Virus record (IMG/VR): IMGVR_UViG_3300045988_159943
Span: 1-32,308 of that record
Length of the DNA stretch: 32,308 bases
Direction: 5' to 3' (one strand)
Source: a virus
Shown here: piece after piece, positions 20,131 through 29,366 of the stretch
How positions within the stretch are numbered: the stretch's first letter is position 1
How the letters are laid out: every line of letters begins with the position of its first letter
The notes under the pieces: generated by a model
What the model saw: the letters and a program-made list of their open reading frames with translations, nothing else
The model's database searches: none
What the model was told of the DNA's origin: nothing
Position numbers and translations under genes: made by a program

Positions 20131-20153
20131 AGTGGGACAAAAATTGGGACAAT
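20131..20153 (+). repeat. pair of direct repeats (G/T)TGGGACAA: putative integrase arm-type/Xis binding sites, left arm
   Basis: GTGGGACAA (20132-20140) and TTGGGACAA (20144-20152), 12 nt centre to centre. Confidence 0.5.
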
Positions 20154-20221
20154 TTTTAAAGTATAACCTATAAAAGCGCATGAAAACAAGGGAGTAGGAG
20201 CCCCAAATGTATGCCTCCAAA

Positions 20222-20257
20222 ACCATCATTGTGGGTTCGATTCCTACATCCCCTGCC
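20222..20257 (+). other. tRNA 3'-end-like sequence (T-arm, acceptor 3' strand, discriminator, CCA): probable attP core
   Basis: GTGGGTTCGATTCCTAC forms a T stem-loop with the canonical GGTTCGATTCC loop, followed by ATCCCCTGCCA. No complete cloverleaf can be folded upstream, so this is a tRNA fragment, as expected for a phage attP that regenerates a host tRNA 3' end. Confidence 0.55.
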
Positions 20258-20270
20258 AAATAAAAATACT

Positions 20271-20305
20271 CGGGAAGCCTGATAAATCAGGGCTTCCTTT
20301 CTTTT
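20271..20305 (+). terminator. terminator-like hairpin following the tRNA-like segment
   Basis: GGGAAGCCTGA-TAAA-TCAGGGCTTCC (one bulge) followed by TTTCTTTTT. Resembles a host tRNA gene terminator carried within attP. Confidence 0.5.
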
Positions 20306-20318
20306 TGCCATAAATTAT

Positions 20319-20330
20319 CAATACAAAATT
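20319..20330 (+). promoter_or_regulatory. conserved motif copy 8 (CAATACAAAATT, truncated)
   Basis: Upstream of the TGcTATAAT element in front of int. Confidence 0.4.
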
Positions 20331-20342
20331 CGACAAATTATA

Positions 20343-20351
20343 TGCTATAAT
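20343..20351 (+). promoter_or_regulatory. extended -10 element (TGcTATAAT), possible int promoter
   Basis: TGCTATAAT about 68 nt upstream of the int ATG. No good -35. Conserved CAATACAAAATT motif sits around the -35 position (20319-20330). Confidence 0.35.
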
Positions 20352-20383
20352 TTATTAGTTATTATTAAGTATTTTTAATTAAA

Positions 20384-20405
20384 GTGGGACAAAAAAGTGG
20401 GACAA
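20384..20405 (+). repeat. pair of direct repeats GTGGGACAA: putative arm-type sites, right arm
   Basis: GTGGGACAA at 20384-20392 and 20397-20405. The second copy abuts the int RBS AAGGAGG. Confidence 0.5.
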
Positions 20406-20418
20406 AGGAGGATGATGA

Positions 20419-21705
20419 ATGGAAAAGAAAGCATTAAAAAAATTACCTAGAGGGGAGGGATCAATGAGTTATGTAAATCGTAATGGAATAGAATATATTT
20501 GTTATAAAAAAATAATTGGTCATGGCACCAATAAAAAACGTCATTCTGTATATGGACATTCACAACAAGAATGCATAAAACTTATGAAAACTGCAGAAAA
20601 AGAATACAGCAAACAAACTGCTTTATTAAATCCTACACAAGATGATAATGGCAAATACTTATTAAAAACTACTATGAAAGCGTGGATAGACGATAGAAAA
20701 GATAAACTAAAAGCAACAAGCCTTGATACAATCGAATCAACATACACACACCATATAAAAGATAAGCCAATAGGAAATTTGCAATTTTCTAGAGTTACTG
20801 CAGAAGATATAAATAAACACCTTCAAGATTCTAAAAAAGAAGGATATTCTTTATCAACTGTGAAAAAGATTTATAGTTTATGCAATCAATACTTTAACGA
20901 TGTTTATTCTAAAGATCGAGCACATAATCCAATGCTTGAAGTCGAGAGTGTAACAAAAAAAGATTATAATGTACAAATCGAACAAAGCATTTACGATGAA
21001 GACGATGATATTTTTATAGAAACACGAGAGGGGATTAACATCAACACAAGTGCAATTATCCTCAATGATGAAGAAATAACTAGATTTATTAATACTGCAA
21101 GCATGGATTATAAATATGGATATTGTGGATGGAAACATGGGTATGGATTAATTTTTCTTATGTATTCTTTTATGAGAATAGGAGAAGCTATTGCCCTTAA
21201 ATGGAAAGACATTGACTTTAAAAATAAAACAGTTAACATTTATAAAACTGCATCACAAGTAAAAAATCGTGATGGGTCAAAGAAAAAAACTAAATGGATT
21301 ATTACAACAACCAAAACTGACTCTGGTCGTAGATTTAATTTATTATCTGATGCTGCTATGGACGCAATACAAAAGCATTTTGATAGGATATCTAATGGGC
21401 GTAGCTATGAAGAAATGAAAAATCATTATGTGTTTGAAACCAAAAATGGCACGTTCGCCTCTCCATCAAATTTATATCAAAATATTAAATCTATATATAA
21501 GAAAGCGGGTATTAATGAAAAAAAGATTGGATTACATAAATTAAGACACACAGGAATAAGTTACTACATTCGGCATGGAGTTCCTATAGAAATTATATCT
21601 AAAATGGCAGGACATTCGTCCATTGCTGTAACTACAAATATTTATTACGACTTGGTTGAAGACCAATTTAAAGACGCTATAAAAATTATGAATAATATAA
21701 AATAA
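20419..21705 (+). CDS. int: tyrosine site-specific integrase
   Basis: C-terminal catalytic box HKLRHTGISYYIRHGVPIEIISKMAGHSSIAVTTNIY (R...HxxR...Y). N-terminal arm-binding-like domain. 428 aa. Confidence 0.9.
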   Translation: MEKKALKKLPRGEGSMSYVNRNGIEYICYKKIIGHGTNKKRHSVYGHSQQECIKLMKTAEKEYSKQTALLNPTQDDNGKYLLKTTMKAWIDDRKDKLKATSLDTIESTYTHHIKDKPIGNLQFSRVTAEDINKHLQDSKKEGYSLSTVKKIYSLCNQYFNDVYSKDRAHNPMLEVESVTKKDYNVQIEQSIYDEDDDIFIETREGININTSAIILNDEEITRFINTASMDYKYGYCGWKHGYGLIFLMYSFMRIGEAIALKWKDIDFKNKTVNIYKTASQVKNRDGSKKKTKWIITTTKTDSGRRFNLLSDAAMDAIQKHFDRISNGRSYEEMKNHYVFETKNGTFASPSNLYQNIKSIYKKAGINEKKIGLHKLRHTGISYYIRHGVPIEIISKMAGHSSIAVTTNIYYDLVEDQFKDAIKIMNNIK

Positions 21706-21722
21706 AAGGAGGTACTTGTCAT

Positions 21723-21944
21723 ATGTCAAGTAGAATAACAAGTTCAAGAAGAAAAAGTGTTTACGAAAGGATAGAGGATACAAGGCGTAAAATCTCTGAG
21801 ACAGAAGAAGCATTGGTGCAGTTAAAAACATTACTAAGCACCCAAACAGCCGAGCGGGACGATTTAGAGATGCATCAACTATTTGATTTTATTAGAAAAA
21901 ATAATATCTCATTAGACCAAGCCAAGAATATGATGTCCAAATAA
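21723..21944 (+). CDS. hypothetical coiled-coil protein
   Basis: 73-aa ORF with RBS AAGGAGG 7 nt upstream. Translationally close to int. Confidence 0.4.
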   Translation: MSSRITSSRRKSVYERIEDTRRKISETEEALVQLKTLLSTQTAERDDLEMHQLFDFIRKNNISLDQAKNMMSK

Positions 21945-21951
21945 CAAATAC

Positions 21952-21983
21952 CTCTCCCCTATTGAGTTTTAAATAGGGGAGAG
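21952..21983 (+). terminator. rho-independent terminator after the int operon
   Basis: 11-bp stem CTCTCCCCTAT/ATAGGGGAGAG, loop TGAGTTTTAA, then a T-rich tract. Confidence 0.6.
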
Positions 21984-22021
21984 TTGCATTTGTGTTCTTT
22001 TTCTATTACAATACAATAGAA
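21984..22021 (+). promoter_or_regulatory. sigma-A promoter TTGCAT-17-TACAAT with overlapping inverted-repeat operator
   Basis: TTGCAT 21984-21989, TACAAT 22007-22012. Inverted repeat TTCTATT (22001-22007) / AATAGAA (22015-22021) with 7-nt spacer, spanning the -10 and +1. Confidence 0.55.
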
Positions 22022-22034
22022 AAAGAGGTGAATT

Positions 22035-22194
22035 AATGAAGAAAGAACCAACCAGTACACTTACACTTAGGCTCCCAATATCGAAGAAATTGAGGTTAGA
22101 AATCATTGCAAATAAAGAAGATAGGACATTAAATTCATTAGTTAACAAGATTATTAGCGATTACTTGGAGGGTAACGAAAAGCAAAAAAAATAG
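22035..22194 (+). CDS. ribbon-helix-helix (CopG/Arc-like) regulator; reading frame appears interrupted near 22140
   Basis: MKKEPTSTLTLRLPISKKLRLEIIANKEDRTLNSL (beta strand + helix A) then a stop (22143-22145). Helix B (VNKIISDYLEGNEKQKK) continues in the +1 frame to TAG at 22192-22194. Confidence 0.45.
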
Positions 22195-22218
22195 GGAAGC
22201 ACAATTAAGTGCTTCCCT
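22194..22218. terminator. bidirectional terminator between convergent RHH gene and tail-fiber gene
   Basis: Perfect 9-bp stem GGGAAGCAC/GTGCTTCCC with AATTA loop. Flanked by an A-run upstream and TTTAATTTTT downstream. Overlaps the last codons of the fiber gene. Confidence 0.65.
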
Positions 22219-24295
22219 TTAATTTTTGAATCTCTGCCCTTAGTTCAGAAATTTCATTTTGTAATTTTTGAATCATATAAGTGTTCAATGCAATGAATTC
22301 AGAATACCTTAGTCCATAATCATAAACCGCATGTTTGTTTTCATCTACAACTGTATTGCCATTATCATCAACTCTAACATCTTTACAGAACCCCGCAAAA
22401 TCTTTACCTGATAAACCAAGCGTATGAAGTGATTCTTCAATATCCTGTGCGACAAAACCATAATGTGTTCTATCACTAGTTCCAGATGTCATTTTATATG
22501 TAACTGGTTTTAATTCATTAAATAGTTGCTCTTGAATATCAGACATATCTTCTATATCTTTTTTTTTATTTTTATCTGATGTATCTATACTTCCATTTTC
22601 CGCATAAAGTTGATTCCACCTACGACCACTTGATCCAAGATTAACAATACCACTATTACTCGAATCTGGAACATATACACTAGTGTTATGTATAGCTAGT
22701 CCAGCCTCTGCCCCAGCGGAAGTATCTTGATTAGTTCTGATGTATGCAATATTTACACCACTTGTATTTTGTTCTGTATAAAATGATGCTTTGATACTTT
22801 CACCAACACTAATTTTACCATCAAATTCAGCAGGCCACGCACATTCAAATTTACTTTGTGTTGCGTCATCTACTGTTATTGTAGATAATTTACCAATAGA
22901 TACCCCGTTGTTGTATCTCGCAATATTGATTGGCCTACCGGTAGCTGGCATTGTATAAATACCACTATTAACAGTTGTTCCCACTGCATCAATTACAGTA
23001 AATCTAAACTGATAACTTGTACTTGTTGCAAATGTCATAGTAGATACTGTATCTGTTCCACTTGTAATATCTCCAACCACAGTCCATGAAGTTGAACCCA
23101 ATTTACGATAATACCATTTTAGTGAGCTAATACTATTCTTTCCACTAACGCTTTGTATAGCTGCAGTAATACGTCCTAAAGCATAAGTTCCAGATGCACT
23201 TACTGTCCCATCAGATTCACATCGAGTAACACGTCCACTTGACAATGTTGGCTTCGAATAGCTATATACAGTAATTGTTTTTGTGTCTGCTCCAGATCTC
23301 CCACGAGAATCTTTTACCGTTGCAGTATATTCCAAGCCCGTACCAGATGTATTTAATGTTACTGTTGTACTTGCAGAAGTAGAAGATACGCCAGAGCCAC
23401 TTAAGCTATAAGATGATATAGATGCACCAGAGCCTGCTTTGCCTGTAATAACAAATTTGGCTTTAGAAATACCTTTAAGATATACATTTAAATTATTATT
23501 GTATGTAGGTGTTATTGCCAAAGAAACTGTTGGATTATATATATCTGTATCAGGAACCTTTATTGAAATTGACGCAGTATCAGTTGAACCAATTTTTGTA
23601 CTATAACCACTATCGCTATAAGTATAAAGATAACATTTTAATGTACCAGAACTACTAGAGGGTACCCACGATGCAGGTAATGTAATACTATATAACTTTT
23701 GACTTGTGCTACCAGCTTTACCTAATTCAACAGTTTTCTTCTTTGAACTATCCACATAAAACGCTAACTTGTGATAATAACTACTTACAGTTGGAGTATA
23801 ATAAACTTTAATGGTACTATCAACATTAGCAGAAGAAATTGTTGTTCCGCTGCTATTAGTAATCTTATCAATTTCTGCATTTCTAGGAATAGTTTTTAAT
23901 TTAATGCTAGTAGCAGAAAGTGTAATACTACCAGGGCCCCATCCAGAACAATTTAACAAAGAAGATGTATTACTACAACTAAATGTAATTGTTTTTTCGC
24001 CATTGCTGTCATGTGTAATTGTCTTTGTACCAGAAGCTAATGTAATAGTATATCCAGTGTTACCCTTATCATCAATATTAATTCTTTGCGTCTTAGAATA
24101 TGTCGAACCTGCCATATTGAAACCAACAGTGACAGAGCTAACTGTATCGAAATCGTAAGAATCAGTTAACTGTTGAAGCTTCAAAGCGGCAGTTACGGTG
24201 CTTGTATTTGCTGCGATATCTTGCGTATATGAATATTCAATATATACTTTATACCAATCAGAATGTTGTCCTATCTTACAATTAATCGTTGCCAC
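22205..24295 (-). CDS. tail fiber / receptor-binding protein with C-terminal intramolecular chaperone (peptidase S74) domain
   Basis: C-terminal DTSDKNKKKDIEDM...LKPVTYKM...HYGFVAQDIEESL matches the endosialidase/tail-spike auto-cleaving chaperone domain. N-terminal and central regions are Ser/Thr/Gly-rich beta repeats. Confidence 0.7.
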   Translation of the reverse strand: MATINCKIGQHSDWYKVYIEYSYTQDIAANTSTVTAALKLQQLTDSYDFDTVSSVTVGFNMAGSTYSKTQRINIDDKGNTGYTITLASGTKTITHDSNGEKTITFSCSNTSSLLNCSGWGPGSITLSATSIKLKTIPRNAEIDKITNSSGTTISSANVDSTIKVYYTPTVSSYYHKLAFYVDSSKKKTVELGKAGSTSQKLYSITLPASWVPSSSSGTLKCYLYTYSDSGYSTKIGSTDTASISIKVPDTDIYNPTVSLAITPTYNNNLNVYLKGISKAKFVITGKAGSGASISSYSLSGSGVSSTSASTTVTLNTSGTGLEYTATVKDSRGRSGADTKTITVYSYSKPTLSSGRVTRCESDGTVSASGTYALGRITAAIQSVSGKNSISSLKWYYRKLGSTSWTVVGDITSGTDTVSTMTFATSTSYQFRFTVIDAVGTTVNSGIYTMPATGRPINIARYNNGVSIGKLSTITVDDATQSKFECAWPAEFDGKISVGESIKASFYTEQNTSGVNIAYIRTNQDTSAGAEAGLAIHNTSVYVPDSSNSGIVNLGSSGRRWNQLYAENGSIDTSDKNKKKDIEDMSDIQEQLFNELKPVTYKMTSGTSDRTHYGFVAQDIEESLHTLGLSGKDFAGFCKDVRVDDNGNTVVDENKHAVYDYGLRYSEFIALNTYMIQKLQNEISELRAEIQKLKGST

Positions 24296-24299
24296 TTAA

Positions 24300-27200
24300 T
24301 CAACTCCCTTGTGTCTGAATTAAAATTGAGAAGCTACCATTATTTTCTGCTTGGATAACTAAACTATTATTTGTAGATGCATTATCAACACGAAGTTCTT
24401 TTACTGTTGCTGGGCCATTAACATCAAGTATGCCATCTTCTCCATCAAGACCAGTAATTTCTGCACTTGAAATATAAAGCTTTTTGTCTGAAATATATGC
24501 AACTTCTGCATCTCCAACCAATGGGTCAGTATCCTGTTGCATAAATGACCACCTATCATTTAATAACCTTGTGTAAATTGTACTATTACCATCTTTAATG
24601 ACCAAACCTTTATCGTTACTAAACTCAAAATGTTGATTTAGGTCGCCTTCAATTGAACCCACTCTAGTATTTAGATTTTCATTTTGTTGATCGTATTTGT
24701 CTAATGCACTAATCCAATCAATAGATTTATAAACACCATTGCCATCATTAATAGAACGCAATACAGAGCCGGGTTCAACTAAATCAATCTCTATAGTTCC
24801 AATAATTTCTGCAGAAATAATATAGTCATTACTCACAAGGCCTACAAGGGCATCTTCGTTAGTAACGACATTTTTATTTATCTCTCCAATTAATGTTCCC
24901 GTGGAATCAACCGCCGTACCATCTTGAATATAACCTACAATAGTAAAAGCTTTATTAAAATCTTCATAGTAAATACCAATAGCAGTACCATTTGAATCAA
25001 GAATAAGTTCATCTTCAATTGTACCGATAATATTTCCGTCAGAATCCAATACACTAGTTTTATCATCACTAATAGTGCCCATACTTGTTGGAGCAATGAT
25101 GTCTCCATTACTGTCAACAATATTACCCTGCTCGTCCGTCTGAATGTAATCTCGTTCTCCAACTATCCATATTTCATCAGTTAAATAGTTGCCATGAATC
25201 GGACAAGAAGTATAAACAATATTATCTTCATTTTCTATGTAATCCTGAATATCTTGCGCAGTTAAATTCCCGATTTTGCTATCGCCACCCATTGTGACGT
25301 TGCCAAATTCATCAACCATAAAAGTTCCATTACCAATATTTATTGTGCCACCAACTATTGTTGAACCTTCAATATAACCAGATAATACAGCTTGCGCTAA
25401 TAATCCATAGAATGTTGTGCCATCTATCTCAAATTCTCCAAGACCGGTTTGCGAAGTTTTAAATCCATCTGTTGAAAAAAGAATATTGTTATTGACAATC
25501 CAAGCTTGATAAGGAGATACTTCGCCAGTTTCTTTATTAACTATTTTTGTTAAACGTATTCCACTCTTATCAATAACAACACCTTGATCAGATGAATAAA
25601 GCCCATTTGTTGCATCTAGTAAACCTTGTTGAATCTTTAAATCAGTTTGAGTTGCTAAATCTGCACCTTTATTCCAGTATGAAGCATTACTTGCTACAGA
25701 TTTACCTGCGCTTAATGCTTGAGATAATAAATCTGCATGAATACTGGATGGAGTTTTTATATTGGTCAATTCCCCAAATGAGCATGAAAAATCAGAAAAA
25801 TCGTCAAAATTAATACTAACTTCTAGTAGTCTGGCACGTTTAATATAATCAGGTCTAATAGCTATATTAATTAAATTACCGAGCTGAAATTGATTAACTA
25901 TTGGCTCAAACTCTGAGAGTGCATAAATGTTCGCCATATCCATAGAGAACTCTAGTTTTGGCTCACATAATTTTGACAACTCAATACGTCCACATTCCAA
26001 TAATTCTTTTTCTAGCTTTATGATGATATCACGACTATCTGTTTCAGTAATTAAAAAATTATCGTCGGTATACTCATCTTCTCGCAAAAAAGCGCTCAAA
26101 CGAATTCTTTGTTGTGGAGTAAAATTATTAACAATCAACAAATCTTCTTGGATTTGGGCGTTTCTTGTACTATATATATCACGTTGGTCTTCATATTCTT
26201 GGATTTTATTTTCTCTATCAGTTTTTTCCTTTGTTAATGCATTAAGCAATAAAGTTACTACATAGTACTTTTGATAATATTCATGGCTGGGCTGGTTTGC
26301 ACCAACATCTACATATTGCTGTTGATCACTTTTATATGTAGAAATATATGTCTTTATCATACTAAGACCAATTTGATCAAACATTTCATCTAAGAATGTT
26401 TTTACTGCTGTGTCTTTTGCTTCTGTGGTATTAGCTTTTGATAACGCACTGACAAGAGTGGAAAAAGTATATTTTTCTACAAATGCAAAATGCTCCGCTA
26501 AAGGTCTAAGTTGGGATACATCTTTTGAACTACCAGACATATAATAAACTTGTAAGGCCGATAATAAATTTGCAACCTTATCTGCATTTAAATCATTGCC
26601 CAAAAGTGAATAATAACGTGAAACATTTGCACTGTACTGATCTGGCAATGTAACTTCTTTATAATAGTAATCTGGATCAACACCGCCACGCACATAATAT
26701 GTTCCTACCGTTTGACTATTAACGTTGCTTGCAATAGAATATTTTAATGAAAGCCTATTTTCTTCATATAATATTCTATCATCTAGTTCTAATATTTTGC
26801 TTGCATTTTCTGCGTATTCATTTTGATACCCATTAGACTTCTGAATATAAAGGGTGTATGCATCATATAGTTCTTGCCCCATCCAATCAACAGTATAATA
26901 GTAAGATAAGTCCGTAATATATGGCAATCCCATATTTACTTCTTCAATTCCAAGGTCTTCGGCTCCTCTAACAGTTAATACAGTTTTGATGTCTTCTGCG
27001 CTATAACTAACATTAACTTCTTGTGCTAAATTATCAAATGATATATATACGTCTGTCATCCATTTTGCTTGAGAACCATCCACTACTTCGATGAGTGCAC
27101 CTTTTGCTGGTGCAGTGTTCAACATCAGTATGCCAGTAGTTTTATTATAATTATATCCCGTCGTCTTATAGCTATCAATTGACACAGTTTCGATAGTTTC

Positions 27201-27950
27201 ATATCTGGAAGGTATAGTAAATTGTTTTGTAACACCATCTCCAATGAATTTTGTTATTAAAGATTCTGCATATATAGATATTTCATTGTTTTCTGTATCA
27301 AAAACAAAAAAACAATTAAATTTATCACTAATATCATTTACAAGAAAATCATATACAGAGGTTCGTTCAATTTCAAATGTCCGTGTCATAGTTTTTAAAG
27401 ACTCATCAATATGTCCGAAAGACCAACCATATATTTTTTGCATACACAAATGCAATAAACTCAGCTCTGGAATCTCTGGATTATATAAACTAACAGGGAC
27501 AAGTTCTGTTTGATGATTCTCTGCATACGCAACCTCAATCGACTCAACCTCGCCTGTGTTTATATATACTTCTTCTATATATTTTTGAGATAGAGTATAT
27601 TCAAGACTATAAGCTGTAATGTTTTTAACTTCTCTGATGCCATCGCTAACAATCTCTGGCTCTTGAATTTCAAAATAGCCGAACCCTTCTACATATAGTA
27701 AACGTAATCCTTCGATTTTATCATAAAATGGATTAATTTTTTGTTCACCAGATAAAAAATCTTCATAGGTTCTTCCTATAGTACATTCTATCTCACTGTA
27801 TGCATTAAATTTAAATGTGCCTGATAAATTAATTGGGTCTAATTGACATAGTTTTGTTTTGTCAGGTTGACATAAAAATACACGGGGTCTTGTATATGTC
27901 CAGGCATCAGTATATGTAGCTGGCAACAAATCCTTTGGTAACTTATACAA
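24300..27950 (-). CDS. tail-associated lysin / tail tip protein (Tal, prophage tail endopeptidase family)
   Basis: 1216 aa. N-terminal MYKLPKDLLPATYTDAWTYTRPRVFLCQP... resembles the Siphoviridae Tal (Prophage_tail) N-terminal domain. Sits between Dit and the fiber. Confidence 0.65.
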   Translation of the reverse strand: MYKLPKDLLPATYTDAWTYTRPRVFLCQPDKTKLCQLDPINLSGTFKFNAYSEIECTIGRTYEDFLSGEQKINPFYDKIEGLRLLYVEGFGYFEIQEPEIVSDGIREVKNITAYSLEYTLSQKYIEEVYINTGEVESIEVAYAENHQTELVPVSLYNPEIPELSLLHLCMQKIYGWSFGHIDESLKTMTRTFEIERTSVYDFLVNDISDKFNCFFVFDTENNEISIYAESLITKFIGDGVTKQFTIPSRYETIETVSIDSYKTTGYNYNKTTGILMLNTAPAKGALIEVVDGSQAKWMTDVYISFDNLAQEVNVSYSAEDIKTVLTVRGAEDLGIEEVNMGLPYITDLSYYYTVDWMGQELYDAYTLYIQKSNGYQNEYAENASKILELDDRILYEENRLSLKYSIASNVNSQTVGTYYVRGGVDPDYYYKEVTLPDQYSANVSRYYSLLGNDLNADKVANLLSALQVYYMSGSSKDVSQLRPLAEHFAFVEKYTFSTLVSALSKANTTEAKDTAVKTFLDEMFDQIGLSMIKTYISTYKSDQQQYVDVGANQPSHEYYQKYYVVTLLLNALTKEKTDRENKIQEYEDQRDIYSTRNAQIQEDLLIVNNFTPQQRIRLSAFLREDEYTDDNFLITETDSRDIIIKLEKELLECGRIELSKLCEPKLEFSMDMANIYALSEFEPIVNQFQLGNLINIAIRPDYIKRARLLEVSINFDDFSDFSCSFGELTNIKTPSSIHADLLSQALSAGKSVASNASYWNKGADLATQTDLKIQQGLLDATNGLYSSDQGVVIDKSGIRLTKIVNKETGEVSPYQAWIVNNNILFSTDGFKTSQTGLGEFEIDGTTFYGLLAQAVLSGYIEGSTIVGGTINIGNGTFMVDEFGNVTMGGDSKIGNLTAQDIQDYIENEDNIVYTSCPIHGNYLTDEIWIVGERDYIQTDEQGNIVDSNGDIIAPTSMGTISDDKTSVLDSDGNIIGTIEDELILDSNGTAIGIYYEDFNKAFTIVGYIQDGTAVDSTGTLIGEINKNVVTNEDALVGLVSNDYIISAEIIGTIEIDLVEPGSVLRSINDGNGVYKSIDWISALDKYDQQNENLNTRVGSIEGDLNQHFEFSNDKGLVIKDGNSTIYTRLLNDRWSFMQQDTDPLVGDAEVAYISDKKLYISSAEITGLDGEDGILDVNGPATVKELRVDNASTNNSLVIQAENNGSFSILIQTQGS

Positions 27951-27984
27951 ATATTATCACTCCTTTCTCAAAATATTAAAGTTG

Positions 27985-29304
27985 TTATAAATATCTCACT
28001 TCTACTATAGACGCTTGTATGGTCTGGTCTACACTTGGCTTATTACCAATTGCATATACTGTTACAGTGCCTGCATTATTTTCTGTAATCAAAGAAGCAT
28101 CATCTTTTTGCAACATAGCTACTTGTACAGTAGTTGGTTGAAGGTCTATTCTACTTCTTTCTGTAACACCATTAACAGTTACAACTTGTGAATAAGGAGA
28201 TTTTGTCCCCGCCCAATTATCTGCAAGTAATGAAATATAAGTTATCTTTTGCACGTCATCATCATCCTCTTCATTAATATAATCACAACACTGTGGGCTA
28301 TTAAGAATATTTTCAATATCAACTGCACAATCACCAATCTTAATTGGATATCTATACTTAAACGTAATTGTACCCTCACCAGCGCCGTTAACTGCTATTT
28401 TGTTTATGCCCGGTTGCAATCTAGGCCAAACAAAATTAAAATTATCTCCAAATATCTTTCCTGGAATACTAGAAGAAATAAATTGTCCAGAGTTAAATGA
28501 AATTACTTCGCCACCAGATACACCCATAACACTGGTTTCTTCGTTTAATTCTAAATTTTTTATAGTTAATGAACCAAGAGCATCACCACTTTGATTATTA
28601 CTATACTCAACGTCTAGATTGATATATGTATATAGGTCATCAGTTTTATTATCAATTTGCACCATGTTGCCTTGAACTTTATATATAACACCATAATCGG
28701 TAATATCAAATGGTTCTGGCATACCATTGTCTATATACAATACTCCACTATCATCAATGCCGAAATATGGTATAGCTTCATTTTGATAAACCACGCCATT
28801 TTCATCAATTCCAAAGCCATCATTCATAAGATCATATTTAATTTCTTGTATTGCAGAATAAGCCCATGGATTTACACTTGTAAATGTAGCTACAAGACCA
28901 ATTATTTTTGCATCAAGTTTACGCTGTTTTACGTTTGTAATACGACCAAAAAATGAGTATTTAACTTCATCGCCCTCATAAAAATCAAGCCATGAATTTG
29001 TCCTTACCCCGGTTAGCCATTTTAATATATCTCTATTTTCTGCTACAGAAAAATCACTACCATCTGGTTTGATTAAAGTTATATTAATCGTAGCTACAGA
29101 ATCATATCGGGCCCCATAATCAAACTTTTTAGTACCATTATAGTAATCATCCGTAGAGGCTGTCATTGACAAAAATGTATCAACTTCACCATCATCTGGA
29201 GTAAATGTAGTTATAATTAAATGTTTGTCTCTTGCGCTATTTTGTTTCAAATAAGTAAAAGATGAATGGTATGAACTCATAAGATTAGGCTCACTTCCTT
29301 TCAT
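27985..29304 (-). CDS. distal tail protein (Dit)
   Basis: 439 aa, located between TMP and Tal, the conserved siphovirus order TMP-Dit-Tal. Confidence 0.6.
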   Translation of the reverse strand: MKGSEPNLMSSYHSSFTYLKQNSARDKHLIITTFTPDDGEVDTFLSMTASTDDYYNGTKKFDYGARYDSVATINITLIKPDGSDFSVAENRDILKWLTGVRTNSWLDFYEGDEVKYSFFGRITNVKQRKLDAKIIGLVATFTSVNPWAYSAIQEIKYDLMNDGFGIDENGVVYQNEAIPYFGIDDSGVLYIDNGMPEPFDITDYGVIYKVQGNMVQIDNKTDDLYTYINLDVEYSNNQSGDALGSLTIKNLELNEETSVMGVSGGEVISFNSGQFISSSIPGKIFGDNFNFVWPRLQPGINKIAVNGAGEGTITFKYRYPIKIGDCAVDIENILNSPQCCDYINEEDDDDVQKITYISLLADNWAGTKSPYSQVVTVNGVTERSRIDLQPTTVQVAMLQKDDASLITENNAGTVTVYAIGNKPSVDQTIQASIVEVRYL

Positions 29305-29327
29305 ATCTTAAATTGTTTGTATAAATA

Positions 29328-29357
29328 AAAGAGAGGTAGCACAAACTACCTCTCTTT
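29328..29357. terminator. perfect 12-bp hairpin in the TMP-Dit intergenic region (partial terminator/attenuator or RNA stability element)
   Basis: AAAGAGAGGTAG-CACAAA-CTACCTCTCTTT, flanked by A/T-rich sequence on both sides. Confidence 0.45.
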
Positions 29358-29366
29358 TATATTGTT

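Noticed and set aside
20187-20257. Attempt to fold a complete tRNA gene ending at the CCA (20255-20257)
   Set aside because: Only the T-arm and acceptor 3' strand are recognisable. No complementary 5' acceptor strand (AGGGAGT pairs poorly), and no D-arm or anticodon stem could be formed at canonical spacing. Treated as a tRNA 3' fragment (attP core), not a tRNA gene.
23811-24158. 115-aa + strand ORF within the tail fiber gene
   Set aside because: Antisense to the Ser/Thr-rich fiber repeats. Hydrophobic low-complexity translation, no RBS.
25592-28956. Multiple 64-112 aa + strand ORFs inside the Tal and Dit genes
   Set aside because: All embedded antisense in long, continuous - strand structural genes. 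AT-rich, Ile/Asn/Phe-biased, no translation signals.
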